A stretch of DNA of 63,762 nucleotides, the filler included, from Octopus bimaculoides (Eukaryota), in the NCBI RefSeq assembly GCF_001194135.2. It is 4 parts of 4 records of this genome, joined end to end, with 100 filler letters (N's around TTAATTAATTAA, not from the genome) between each part and the next. Parts side by side here need not be neighbours in the genome. Positions count along the whole stretch, not along the records: positions 1 to 17,392 come from NC_068985.1; positions 17,493 to 46,059 come from NC_068994.1; 2 more parts are not named here. One strand, 5' to 3'. The notes beneath the pieces are model-generated. The model had not been told where the DNA came from. It made no database searches and saw only the letters and a program-made list of their open reading frames with translations. Positions 13,836 through 27,715 of the stretch are shown piece after piece (position 1 is the first letter of the stretch; each line of letters starts with the position of its first letter). The position numbers and the translations under genes were made by a program.

Positions 13836-13978
13836 TTTGTATGTATATACACACACACATTTGAAAGTCTTTGTAAAAATTGGTTAATACAGCGAGTTTT
13901 TCCTAGTGTGTGTGAGCGCTTTCGATTAACCTTTTCAAACACGCATGTTCTTGGTTAATGAAATAGGAAGCTGTTATT

Positions 13979-14022
<44 letters not shown>

Positions 14023-14161
14023 CGTTGTTTCCGGTTTTCATGAATTATTCTTCCTTTGTCTTTCATAGCTAGTCATAAACATCCTTTTATCATTCTTTAT
14101 TATATGGAGTGTTGGGTATTTTGGTTTAATTCAGGATTTAGAATTCTTATAAAGTATTCTT

Positions 14162-14236
<75 letters not shown>

Positions 14237-14339
14237 GTGTGCGTGTGTGTGTAAGAATTCGGTGTTTGGGCGCTTTTACTGACGATTCGCAATTTACGAA
14301 TTTATGATGAAATCGCGTGTGTATGCATATGTATATAAT

Positions 14340-14340
14340 T

Positions 14341-14411
<71 letters not shown>

Positions 14412-14485
14412 TAGATTAGATAGATTAGATTAGATAAGATTAGATCAGATAGATTAGATTAGATCAGATAGATTAGATTAGATAA
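14340..14485. repeat. (GATA)n/(GATTA)n microsatellite
   Basis: Seen directly. Confidence 0.95.
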
Positions 14486-16438
14486 ATATTTGTGCGTATG
14501 TGTGTGTAAGTATATACACATGCGCACACACGCACACACGAACATGCACACCGCAAAATAGATAAAATAAAAAGACAAAGCTGAGCCTAGCAAGATTTGA
14601 TGTGAAACCGTAAATGTACGTAACTACGTAACTCGGACGCATTTTGTCCGGCATCCCTACTGATTTTGTTATTCTATTTAGCCAAAGCGCCAATAATGGT
14701 TTTAAATTTCGGCACAAGGCCAGGAATTTTAGAAGTGGGGATTAGTCGATTGCCTCTACGCCTGTACTTCTAAAAAAAATAATAAAAGTATCTTTCATTT
14801 TTCATCTTTCCCTTGTTTCAGTCATTTGATTGAGACCATGCTGGAGCACCACCTTCAAAGTCGAACTAATCGACCCTAGGACATTTTATTTTTAAGCCTA
14901 GTACTTATTCTATCGGTCACTTTTTGCCGAGCCGCTAAGGTGTGGAGGACATAAACACACCAACATCGGCTGTAGGCAGTGATAAGGGATTAATGCAAAC
15001 ACAAAGACACACACACATATAACAGGATTCTTTCAGTTTCCTTCTACCAAATTCACTCACTAGGCTTTGCTTGCATGTGGACTTGGTAGTAGAAGACACT
15101 TGCCCAAAATGCTTTGCAGTGGGACTGAACCCCGAACCTGCGCCTAATAACAATGAGGATAATTATAATAATCCCTTCTACTAAAGGCACGAGGCCTGAA
15201 ATTTGAGGGGAGAGGGCAAGTCGATTACATCAACCCCAGTGCTTAACTGGTATTTATTTCATCGATCCCAAAAAGATAAAAGGCAAAGACGACCTCTGCG
15301 GAATTTGAACTCAGAACTTGCTGATGGATGAAATGCTGCTAAGCTTTTTGCCTGGCGTGCTAACGAATCTGCCGGCTCGCCTCCTAATAATAATAAAATA
15401 CACCAAACACAGAATCTTAAAAGGATATAAGAAAACTTGACAAAACTTCATATATTGCGATTTTTTGAAGCACTTATTTTATCAACTCTATAAGGATGAA
15501 AGACAAAGTCGATCACGGCAGAATTTGAGATCAGAACTTAAAATCGGATAAACTACCAGTGAGCATTTTGTCCGGCGTGCTAACGATTCTGCAAGCTCGC
15601 TGCCTTTCCAAAGTACCAATAATAAAAAAACGATCTCTACAGACTGTCAACCAAACTGACAATGTTATAAATCATACGCCAATAGTTGATCAAATTATGA
15701 AAAATAAAGCCACATTTTCCCTTTTCCCCCGTTGCTAAATCCATTTATTTTTATGTCCTTCTTGACAGGCGAAACATCACTGCCGTCTGATTAAAAACAA
15801 GATGGCGTTAAGTACACTTCCGCAACTTTCTGGGTGTTTCTACATACTTCTGGATGTTTTCTGCAGTTAGCACAATGACGCGCGTTTTTTTTTTTAATGT
15901 ATATTTGTTTCTAAATCTCGCTACAAAAATTATTATTGTCTGCGAGAAGATTTCTGAAGCACAGTCCAGCTTACCAGGATGTAGTCATGAAATACTAAAT
16001 TTCAATCAACAACTGCGAGACAATAGACTGAAAAAATTAACTCGTTCTTGTTACATAGCAGCATTTCTTCCGGTTTTATATTCCGAGTTCAAATTCTGCC
16101 AGGGTCGACCTTGTCTTACAGCCTTTCGGGATCGACAAAATAAGTAATCAACAGTTCCCCTGCTCTCAAATTTCAGGGCTTGTGCCTATAGTAGGAAAGG
16201 TTATCATTTTTGTTATTAAGGAGACAAGTAGACAGAAACGTTAGCATGCCGGACGAAACGCTTATCGAAATTTCTTCCGTCTTTATGTTCTGAGTTCAAA
16301 TTCCACCGAGGTTGACTTTGCCTTTCAGGATTGATAAATTAAGTACCAGTCAAGTACTGGGGTCGATGTAATCGACTAGTCCCCTTCTCCACAATCTCAG
16401 GCCTTGTGTCTATAGTAGAAATGATTACTATTATTATT

Positions 16439-16482
<44 letters not shown>

Positions 16483-16506
16483 CGTCATTGTTGTTGTTGT
16501 TGGTGC

Positions 16507-16575
<69 letters not shown>

Positions 16576-16793
16576 CATTAAAGCAGCGAGCTGGCACAAT
16601 TGTTATCACGCCGAGCAAAATGCGTATCGGCATTTCGTCTGTCTTTACGTTCTGACTTCAAATTCCGCCGAGTTTAACTTTGCCTTTCATCCTTTCGGGG
16701 TCGATAAAACAAGTACCAGTGAAACAATGGGGTCGACGTAGTAAGCTCATCCCCTGCCTCCAAAAACTGATGCCCTTGTGAAAAATTTGAAAC

Positions 16794-16833
<40 letters not shown>

Positions 16834-16839
16834 GATTAC

Positions 16840-16881
<42 letters not shown>

Positions 16882-16882
16882 G

Positions 16883-16914
<32 letters not shown>

Positions 16915-17289
16915 GATGATTATTATTATTATTATTATCATCACCACCACCATCATCATCGTCGTCTTGTTTACACGTGTCTGCGTCGACTCCGAAAGGT
17001 TTGTTGAATTTTGTTGGAAATGATTTGTTTACTCTGTTTAATTTTTCTTAGAGCTTAACATTAGAACTCGCATCCCAGTTCGCTTGTGAAGAGGAGGACT
17101 GCAAATTATGTTCTAAGTTATGTTCTCAGTTAAAGCCAACTATTTCAATAAGGAGGTAGCAGAAGAGCCTGATACCGCTACCAGTCTCATTAGAGAGCAG
17201 GGACTCGAGAACAACAGCAATAACATAAGCAGCATCAGCATTGCTAGTGGAAAAAGCGTTCTGTTCGCGAAAGTAGAAGAGAAAATTTC

Positions 17290-17392
17290 AAAGCTCAACT
17301 AGTTCAAAGCTCAACTAGTTCAAAGCTCAACTAGTTCAAAGCTCAACTAGTTCAAAGCTCTACTAGTTCAAAGCTCAACTAGTTCAAAGCTC
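17290..17392. repeat. 16-bp tandem repeat (aaagctcaactagttc) x6+, running into a gap
   Basis: Near-perfect units with one a>t variant. Confidence 0.95.
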
Positions 17393-17492
17393 NNNNNNNN
17401 NNNNNNNNNNNNNNNNNNNNNNNNNNNNNNNNNNNNTTAATTAATTAANNNNNNNNNNNNNNNNNNNNNNNNNNNNNNNNNNNNNNNNNNNN

Positions 17493-17555
<63 letters not shown>

Positions 17556-18234
17556 TATAAACATAATATGTGTATGTATATATACGCATATCATCCTCAT
17601 CATCATTTAACGTCCATTTTTTCATGGTGACATGGGTTGGACGGTTTGACAGGGGTCAACAAGCCTGGGGCTATGCCTGGCACCCTTCTGGTTTGGCATG
17701 GTTTGGTATAATAGACATTTTTATATTTTTATAATACCATAGATTTTGGTGCAATTGACTGAGAACCTGGGGCCCATCAAAATTGTTCCCAATTGGGCCC
17801 CACACCTCGTAATCTACACACTTCAAACAGTATGCATTCCTCACTTTTCTCCCACTCCTGTCATTATTTTAAGTTGCCACCTCACTTAGTGTTTATTGAC
17901 TAAAGTTCTCTAATATGTCTCAAGTTATTTTATGACTTGACAGTTTCTCACTGGTGTATAATTCTCTGGGAAGCTCTACTAACACCGAAATATGTTTCAT
18001 CGTACTTACTAAATATACATTCACTCTCAGTCACATGACTATTCTACATTTAATTAATTTCAATCAAATCAAATTTTTGGTTTGTTCCCTCCCGTACTTA
18101 GCTAAAATTATTTATTAAATGGGTGATATGTAACCTTATTGTATGTAAAATTACGATAATTTTAAAATTAGTTTAGAATATTACCTATGTCATCACTACA
18201 TTAATAAATACCCATTCTGCTTTAATTCTTTCAG

Positions 18235-18309
18235 ATATCAAGCTTAATGATACATATCGAGTGTATTTTGTTAAGTCTGCGTGGTCTATCTATAACGCCA
18301 GTAACCTAG
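18235..18309 (+). CDS. PLAT-repeat gene exon
   Basis: ttctttcag|...CTAG|gtaagt, 75 nt, phase 1 to 1; (D)IKLNDTYRVYFVKSAWSIYNASNL. The other two frames contain stops. Confidence 0.6.
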   Translation: MSSLMIHIECILLSLRGLSITPVT

Positions 18310-19879
18310 GTAAGTTTTTCAAATAGTTGTCGATTTATTTGTGTGTTGTTTAAAGTATATGACTGATGATTTAGGACAGATTTAGTCCTAAATTTAATGC
18401 TAAACAACAAAAATATCCCAAAACACTACATGACAAAATATCTCGTGGTTATAGATTTTCACACTAAAACATAGCTTACCCAGGTTTCTGATTTACTGCA
18501 GCATCCAACAAGTCATTCAACATCATTTATTGTTCTGAATGAAAACCCAGCCTCATAGATAGAAGCAGCTCTAAACTAAAGTTGTAAAGCTGCTGGATGT
18601 CGTTTTTAAAAGTTTAGTCTTTTGATGACAGACCAAAAGCCTTGTTAGTGAAATTTGAAAAGTAGAAACTAAATAGAAACATCTCGGAGGAACTCTTACT
18701 GTGTTTGAATCGTAAACTTAATTTGGTGGTCGGTCTAGCACTTCCACGCCATCTAACCTGAACATTTGTAACAGACTGAATTCCTTTAGTGGACTCTACT
18801 CTAACAGAACAGAAGTGTTCGGCTCAGGTCTTTAGGCTAGAGATAGCTTCCCCACTTTTCCCGTCTGTCTAAGGCCTCAAAATGGTCTCAAAAAGACTCA
18901 TCGGCACTGTTTTCCACTCTCAGAATAGAGTCATGAAAACAAGCAAGTAAAACCTGGCCTCAGACTATCAAATTTCGCCACCACACAACTCACAAATCTT
19001 CACAAACAATAAATGATGACTTCAAAATATTAAAAAAGGAAGCTTGCATGCACCAACCCAACTACTGTTAACATCAGTCAGTTAATCGTCTTTCTTCGCG
19101 GCTAAACACACAAACTTCTCGAGAACCAACAAGAAACAACACAAAATGTTGGTTAACAAATTATCTTCTATATCACCAGCCTTCAAACATATATCTGGCA
19201 TGTACGAATCGACGAATGGAGTAGCCTTTTAAACTTAGACCAATGCAAGCTTTCCATGCCTCCACAAACCGTACGCATCATCATACGCAGATATCACAAA
19301 CATCCCCATCGTACTCCAGACAAAGTTACATAACTACTTCAACCTACACAAATCGTCCAAAAACCTAGCTCAAACGCAACAGCCCTTTTTTAACTGACCA
19401 AACTCTAAAACGTTACCACAACCACAAACTTAAACCCGTATTACAGTCACTGACATCCTCTTAACTACTAAAACCTGACCTTTGTCTCCAGTATTGCCAC
19501 TACGACACTACAACCATAACTACCACCACAACCACCACCACAATTTGTTAAAGAATTTGCTGTGCGTCTGTGTACGTATTTGTTTTTTGTAGTGTGTGTA
19601 TATATTCTTAGCGGTGTATGTGTAAATATGTGTGTTTCCTTGCTGTTTGGTGGTGTATGCGTGTGCATATGTACGTGTGATTTTTGTTTTTTGGAAATAT
19701 GTTCTGTAATTTGTGGTGTGTTTTATTGTGGAGTGTACATTATTTTGGTGTGTGTGTTTTACTGAGGTGTATGTTTGGTTTTATCGGAATGTCTTGTGTG
19801 TGTGTGACAGGTCCTTATTTATTGATTAATGGTGAGTGTTTCAATAGTTAGTAGTGGTTTATATTTGTTGATGAATTGT

Positions 19880-21070
19880 TTTTCCTTTTTTATTCTCTGT
19901 TGTTGGGTGAAAGAGTCCGAACACTTGTAGAGGGGGAAGATTTTGAATGTGACCACTTAGGGGAATGTTTCTTGTGCTCTTGTCTCGGATCTGTTGACGG
20001 TGTATCGTCATTCTTTTGCGTAATGAAACGTTGGGTTGGAAATTTGTTTGTGTTTTTGTTCCAGTGAGGATTTATTTAAGTGTTTTGAGCTGCCTTTTGC
20101 TTTTGATGATTTGGTTTGTTTCAAGAATATTTTTCATATTTTCATCTTCAAGTAGAATGGGAAGGTTTTTATGGATGAGGTCAAATATTTCAGTATTTCT
20201 GGGATTGAAGGTTGACACATATGGTAAAATATTTTCCTTTGTCTTGATTTTCGTTCTCCTTAGTTCCTGGATATCAATATGTTTTACCCTATCTATTCCG
20301 TTGGTGATTAAGCCTAGTGGGAATGCTCATCGGATGAGTGTCTTTCAGTTCTTCCAGTTTTTGTCCACGCTTAGATGGGTCTGACACTATTGTACAAATT
20401 CACTTTGCTAGGTTAAATGGAATATTCACTTTGGTGTGTTTTGGGTGGCATGATGTGAATAGAAAGTATTATTTAGAATCCGTGGATTTATAGAATATGT
20501 CCGTTTCTATCTTCCCATCCTTGTTGGTGATTAAAATATCCAAGAAGGCAAGTTACTTGGTGTTAAACTCCATTGGATATTGTTGTTTAGATTGTTCAGT
20601 ATATTTTTCAATCTTGTCGATGTATCCAGGTTTTCCTGCCATAAGATAAAGCCATCATCCAGGTACCTTTTGCAATTACTTTTGAGTTGTGTATGGAATA
20701 TGTCTCCGAAGAGAAGGGATTAGTTGTAAATCTTTCGTTCATGGAATCCCATGATTATATTGGCATATGTAGGGGCTACCTTCGTTCCCATGGCAGTTTT
20801 TGAAATTTGTCGGTATGCCGAATCATCGACGGTAAAATAGCTGTTTGGGAGGATGAATTTTAACCCGTCAGTGACAAAGGCTTTTTCAAAGCACGTCGGC
20901 AGTTCAGATTGGAGTGTGTCTAGCTAGTATTTGATTGTAGCTATTCCGGAGTCATGGGGTATATTAGTGTATAGGCTGATTACATCGAAAGCAACAACAG
21001 TTGTGTGTTTATTTGCTGATGATTGTGTGGTTATTTTGGCAGATGAATTAGCATGTCGAGGTCATCTCGT
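19880..21070 (-). mobile_element. Decayed Penelope-like retroelement (RT and linker)
   Basis: The minus strand reads ...YKSTDSK...FTSCHPKHTKVNIPFNLA... and ...KENILPYVSTFNPRNTEIF..., with stops and frameshifts. Confidence 0.8.
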
Positions 21071-22261
21071 ATGTAGCTCTTTATGTGTTTTAGAAGAATG
21101 TCGCGCGCACACACACGTGCACACACACACACACACCACAACAACACGCACGCACACGCACCATAATAACACGCACACACACACACGCACCATAATAACA
21201 CTCACACAAAAATTCCTCCCCCAAAACTCCAAAACACACACACATATACACACCAACCAGACTATACAAAAATATTTCTAAAAAAAATAAAAGCAGCACA
21301 CATACATAGACACACACACATACACCCACACACACATACACCCACACACACTCACACAGACAAAATAACACGCACATACACAACATAACCCCCCCNNNNN
21401 NNNNNAAATAATTCCTTCTAAATTCTTTCAATGACCATCCTTAACCACTGACCATATTCTCTCAATAGAGAAAAGAAAGGAAAGAAAATTGTTTTTACAA
21501 TATATTCTATGCACACACACACACAATTGGCCATACCATGAGCAGAAACTACCAATTCAATTTAAAAGACTTTCCAATAGAATTCTTGAAGTTTGAACTA
21601 GTGAGCCCCCACACCTACAAAAACAAAACATATATAAGGAGTGACTCAAAAGTCAAATTTCACTATGCACTAAAAACATGAGTACAAACTGTTAACCCGC
21701 AATTTTCTTTCTTTTTGACTTCCTATAAACGCCTTTTTAATATTTGATAAGAGGGATACATCGAAACCGGTTATATTTTAAATCACTCACTGTAACAAAA
21801 ATATTAAACATACACTAAAATATGCTTTTGTGCCTTTTCCAACTTTATTTACTTTTTTAACCATAAGCTTTGATTTGTATAGACTCTTAACCCTCTTTTA
21901 ACACACACACATATATATATATATATAATTTAATAAACATAATATATGTTTTTATGTGCTACTATTAGTTACATGTGCTGAGAGCATGTCAAACAGTATT
22001 TTTTAACACATCCAGTGTTCTAGCACATTTACGAGGCACTGACCACATGGCATAACGATATAAAAATGGGACGTTAGGATGACATAAAAAGCGAGAAAAG
22101 GCGAGAAAGAAGTAGATATAAAATGTGGTAGGTTGAGAAACCGGAAAATGAAAAGGAGAATTTAATAGTAGCACATAGAAACATATATTATGTCTATTAA
22201 ATAATATCTACCTTTCACCAGATGGAGTACTTTTTTGCTGATGTTACTACCATGGAACGCT

Positions 22262-23129
22262 ACATGCTCTGTGTATTTTCCTGTGGCTATAATGGCGTAG
22301 CAGAGTGTATAACTCTCATGTCGCCGGTGTTAAAACACCTTAGAGTCATGGACAGGTCAGATAACTCACCATTAATCCCATATGGGAGTGATGGACATCG
22401 ATGTTTCACCATTTTTGTGGCTTATCAGCACCACCTACCCGTCAGTGTTGAAGGCGAGTCAGCCAGTCCAACGACGTATATGCTCTTGGCTTGTAAAATC
22501 ATGAGCTGGTATGCTCGGAAATTGCATACCTAAGAGAAAATTTACATATGAAGTAAAAACAGCTCTAGTATCTTTAAATCTTTAAATTGCTTCAGCTTCA
22601 AAACTGTGATCATGCTGGGGCACCACTATTATTAAATATATATAGCCAATCGTCCAACGACTGGCATAACAGCTCATGATTTTAAAGCCATGAGTATATA
22701 AGCTGGACTGACTAGCTGACTCACCTTCGACCCAATGTTGATGAGCTACAAAAATGGCGAAACATCGATGTCGATCACTCTCAAATGGGATTGAGGGTGA
22801 GTTATCTCGCCTGTCTATGACTCTAAAGTGTTTTGACACCTGCAACATGAGAGTTATATACTCCACTACGCCATGGCAACCACCGGAAAATACACAAAGC
22901 ATATACATTAGTATATGTATTTAACAATATTTATTACACTAGAGCTACTTTTACTTCTTATGTAAATTTTCTCTTAGGTATGCAATTCCGGGCATACCAG
23001 CTTATGATTTTACAAGCCATGAGCATATAAGTCGTTGGTATTTTAACATTGGCGACATGAGAGACTCCGCTACATCATTGCAGTCACCGGAAAATACACA
23101 AAGCATATACATTAGTATATGTATTTAAC
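22262..23129. mobile_element. Three copies of an unclassified ~300-bp element (one +, two -), possibly Helitron-like
   Basis: Copies at 22262-22568(+), 22671-22929(-) and 22939-23129(-, internally deleted). The supplied ORFs 22222+ and 22582- are homologous. Two copies end at agctCTAG|t, and a GGTATGC/GCATACC hairpin is conserved. Confidence 0.6.
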
Positions 23130-23195
<66 letters not shown>

Positions 23196-25353
23196 AATAT
23201 GCGTATATATATTTACAGAGATTGAAGTCGGATCACAGAAATGTATACTTGACAGATTGAGCTTTAATAACTTCATATGTAATCCAAGCGCCGTAGGAGA
23301 CTTTGTGAACATTACAACTTCCACGTTGCAAACTTATTTTTCTGTAAGTGTGTATGGAACAAAATCTTCTCTAGGTAAGTTGTCAAGTGTCTTTTTCTTA
23401 TGCAATTCACACTTATTCAATAGCTTAATCTCTTCTCATTTTACAGAACACGAAATAAAATACAAAGAAAACCCCCCACTGTGGGACAGTATAGATATTC
23501 AGAAATATTTCGCTATCTTTTTGCATTGCTAATGAGACACATATTTATACAAGTAAGCTGGAAGTTATTCAGCTGAATAAACCCATAATATGCTCTGTAT
23601 ATATACTATCGATTCTAGCATGAAAAATAAAGTGTTTCCCACTTGCTGGATTAGAAGTTCGAATTCTTGGGGAAGAAACAAAATTGCAGTTGTTAACATA
23701 TTTAAAGCAAAAAGTAAACTAATTACAAATAATTATAGGGTGAGGAATAAGTATTAGTTGTATGGCTATTACACTGCGTAATAAAGTCTTAACTTATTTT
23801 GTTTTTGGTTAGTGAGTATTATCTCCTATTTTCTTCTATCTAGAAATCAATGGAAATAACTACTATTCCCTTCAAACTTTACTTTGATGATCTGAACCTC
23901 AATGTTTTGAAACTAACTTATTTTCCATTACATTTCACACAGCTTCAGCACTGGGTTGCTGAAGCAGAAATATCGTTAGGCTTGTCAGTTGTTTGACCTT
24001 TACTATTTGAGCATGTCCCTTAGTGGCTGACAATATGTACATCTCTGATCATGAGCAGGAGTAGTGGGAAAGCATCATAGCCATGTGTTGAGAGGGCGTC
24101 TTTGGGATTTGAGTAAATGTAACAAAAGCAAAGTTTGAAGGAAATATTAGCCATTTTTCATGCTTTCTAGGGGTAAGCAAATAAGAAACAACAGTTGCTA
24201 CTCAAGGACAAAAATCGTGTTACACTGTAATTATAGGGTGAAGGAAAGAGGGACAGACATTAGCTGTGTGGCTTTGTTTTAAGCATTTTGGCAGAGCCAA
24301 CGCAATGCATGTATTATCACCTTTATCTAATGATACCATTACCACAGGATCTCAACTTAGATCAACATATTTTTTACATTTACGTTTTTCAATTGACAAT
24401 AAGGCAGTGATCTAAAAATCGTTAGCACACCGGGCAAAATGCCTAGCGGCTTTTGGTCCGTCTTTACATTCTGAGTTCAAATTCCGCGGAGGTCGTTTAA
24501 CTTTTATCCCTTTTGGATCGATAAAATAAGTACCAGTTGAGCACTGGGGTATTTGTAATCGACTAAGCCTTTCTTCCGAAATAGCTGACTTTTTACCAAA
24601 ATTTGAAACCAATAATTACGGACAATCCAGAAAGCGCAGCTTGCGTTTAAATATGACCAGCCCTTCCACACTAAATATATTTACTCCAAAATAACACTTT
24701 GTCCGCAGTCTCATATACTATGACCTGCTATTTTGAGGTATGGAACAAGGGAAACTGATTATTGGAGTGGAAGGATACGGCAACTTGATGTAAAACTAGT
24801 CAGGTAACATCCCTGGGACATGAAACTTAAGTTGTCAGGCTTATAATTATCTATTTATCGCCAAAGGCTGCTCTTTTCGCTCACATGTGTTTCTGCGCAT
24901 GCCACAGAAAATTTTACATATTTTTGGCGGGAGAATATATAAAAAAGATACTGAATACATGAAAATATGGTATGTTTCGTTTGGGGTCCTTTTGGTAACC
25001 AATCAAATCTTGATGTTTTCTGTTAAGTAGCCATCAATATTTTCAGTTGTTTTATTGGGCTTTAAGATCCGAGAGAAGTATCAGAACATTCTGAGCTACA
25101 GACACAGGATCTAATCACCAGTTTATGTTTAATGAGATGGTAGAAGTAATTAGTGAACAAACAGAGGTAATGTAGAACAGAAAGGACTTTATAGCTATAC
25201 CGAGGACATGATGGCCTCTCCAGTACATGCACCGTGATAAAACGTATCTTTTAATTTCCTGTTATTAAATCCAATGATTGTTATTAATACGAAAAATGTG
25301 CTGATATGCAAATGAGTCCAGACAGTGTCTGCTGTTCGTCGCTTGCTTTACAG

Positions 25354-25359
25354 ATAGAG
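25354..25359 (+). CDS. Candidate 6-nt microexon of the PLAT-repeat gene
   Basis: gcttgctttacag|ATAGAG|gtaagat. It preserves phase 1 between the 18235-18309 and 27716-27936 exons. Confidence 0.3.
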
Positions 25360-25600
25360 GTAAGATAAATTTCTCTCTTCCTCTTTCTGGTGTGGACGAA
25401 ATAAACTCTCCTGATGACTACCTAAATGACATCAGAAACTAATCAGACTGTTCTTCTGCGAGAGTTCTATGATATGACATGTAATTGAGAATTTTTACAA
25501 ACGTCGTCCTGAACATCAATTCATAACTTCATTTATTCAAAATTCTCTCTATTTACCTATTTGAGTTATTTTCCGTAACTAATTATTTTTAAATTGTGTT

Positions 25601-25790
25601 TTTGCACAACCTGTATTTGCAAACCCCATTTTTGCAAAGCCTGATTTTGCAAAGCCTGTTTCTGTAAAACCTGTTTTAAGTATGGTTTTCCACAGCCTGT
25701 GTTTTTGTAAAGCCCGTTTTTGCAAAGCCCGTTTTTGCAAAGCCCGTTTTTGCAAAGCCTGTTTTTGCAAAACCTGTTTTGGCAAAGCCA
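25601..25790. repeat. 15-bp degenerate tandem repeat (gtttttgcaaagccc)
   Basis: About 12 units; this explains the KRALQ-repeat ORF on the minus strand. Confidence 0.85.
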
Positions 25791-26169
25791 AACTGAATAT
25801 ACGAGATTTAAAAATATTTTTCAGTTTTTTTATTGAAATTTAGTTTCCCTAAAAATGTGTCAGTTATTTTTCATGTGATAAATAACAAACTAGCAGCTCT
25901 GAGTTGAAATTCCGCAACGGACATTGCTGAAACTGACGTCGGTCTTAAGAATTATCGGTTGGCATTTTTCGGACAATCATGGTTTCTGTTAGTGTATATG
26001 TTTTCATTCATGTGCGTTAACTACAGCATTAGAGCATTTTAGCTTTTATTTCTAGCAATGTAGGTATTTTTTAACATCCTAGTCACATTTATTGATAATT
26101 ATAAGCTGTTTTTTTGGGGCGGGGAACATTGCAACCTGCTGTTTATATTAATTGCATATAATAATAATG

Positions 26170-26272
<103 letters not shown>

Positions 26273-27715
26273 TGATGATGATAAAGATGATGATGATGAT
26301 TATGCTGATAAATACCAATAGAGCAACTAAGCAGTCGTTCGACCTCGTAGAAATGGTAGCCAAATCACTCTCATATCACATTTCTACCATCGCGAAATTC
26401 AGAATGTCACATTGGCTAATAATATAGTCCTAGATATAATACACTATGACTAAACAAAAAGACAGGATGGTCCATACTGGATTGGATATACAGTCAGGAT
26501 TAATATGGTGTTAAACAACTTCGGATATTTACAGAATGTACGATGTGTAGCTGGATTAGAATAAGATCTGGTATACAGAAAATATTATTGGTTTGACAGA
26601 CGCCTTACACATACAATTAGCAGGCAGAAACGTTAGTACGCCGGACGAAATGCTTAGCGGTATTTCGTCTGCCACTGCGTTCTGAGTTCGAATTCCGCCG
26701 CGGTCGACTTTGCCTTTCATCCTTTCGGGGTCGATAAATTAAGTACCAGTTACGTACTGAGGTCGATATAATCGACTTAATCCGTTTGTCTGTCCTTGTT
26801 TGTCCCCTCTGTGTGTAGCCCCTTGTGGGCAGTAAAGAAATAGGTATTTCGTCTGCCGTTACATTCTGAGTTCNNNNNNNNNNNNNNNNNNNNNNNNNNN
26901 NNNNNNNNNNNNNNNNNNNNNNNNNNNNNNNNNNNNNNNNNNNNNNNNNNNNNNNNNNNNNNNNNNNNNNNNNAGGCAGAAACGTTAGTACGCCGGACGA
27001 AATGCTTAGCGGTATTTCGTCTGCCACTGCGTTCTGAGTTCGAATTCCGCCGCGGTCGACTTTGCCTTTCATCCTTTCGGGGTCGATAAATTAAGTAACA
27101 GTTGCATACTGGGGTTGATCTAATCGACTGGCCCCCTCCCTCAAAATTTCGGGCCTTGTGTCTAAAGTAGAAAAGAATATTTAATCTCCAGGAAACCAAA
27201 TATCTCTCATAACACACTCTAACGTTTTAAATATGGAACGAGGTTATTCAGAGTACGTTTGAAAAATTTTAAAAAGATCATATTTTATCTTCTTTTTAAA
27301 AGTACTTACATTATAATGTCTGAGGATAAAATGGGGTGGTTACAATCGGAACACCTTTATTCAAGAGACTACCGTATCTGATCGAGAGAGAAGCAGGTAG
27401 ATTCACGAATGTCTCCGAAACCCACAGCAATTTGCTTTACTGAATTGTGCGTCGTACTTCTGCTGTAAGCCATCCTGAGGAGAGTTTTGAGGGGAGGCAG
27501 CTTTTAGACAGACCGATTAATCTCTCGCTTCTACACCACCAGGTTCTGACAATTTGTCATTTATAGGTATGGCAGGCTTCCACCAGTTTTCATTGGCCAT
27601 CTTGTCTCCCGAAGTAAGTAATGAAAAAAAAACAAAAACAAAAAAAAAAACTAGAACACCGATTTAGAACACAAGCGGCTGACTTCTGTTGTCTTTCTTT
27701 TTAATTAAAAAAAAG

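Noticed and set aside
15780-15835. YY1-like AAGATGGCG plus ETS-like ACTTCCG motif
   Set aside because: Short motifs with no associated exon; similar motifs are common inside DNA-transposon relics.
17437-17448. ttaattaattaa embedded in N runs (also at about 46104 and 62444)
   Set aside because: The motif is identical and sits inside roughly 100-bp gaps each time, so it is an assembler gap marker and not biology.
25579-25791. KRALQ-repeat ORF
   Set aside because: It is a by-product of a 15-bp tandem repeat with no splice or start context.
26620-27110. Apparent tandem SINE duplication
   Set aside because: The 5' halves are identical across an N gap; this may be two haplotypes or a mis-join.
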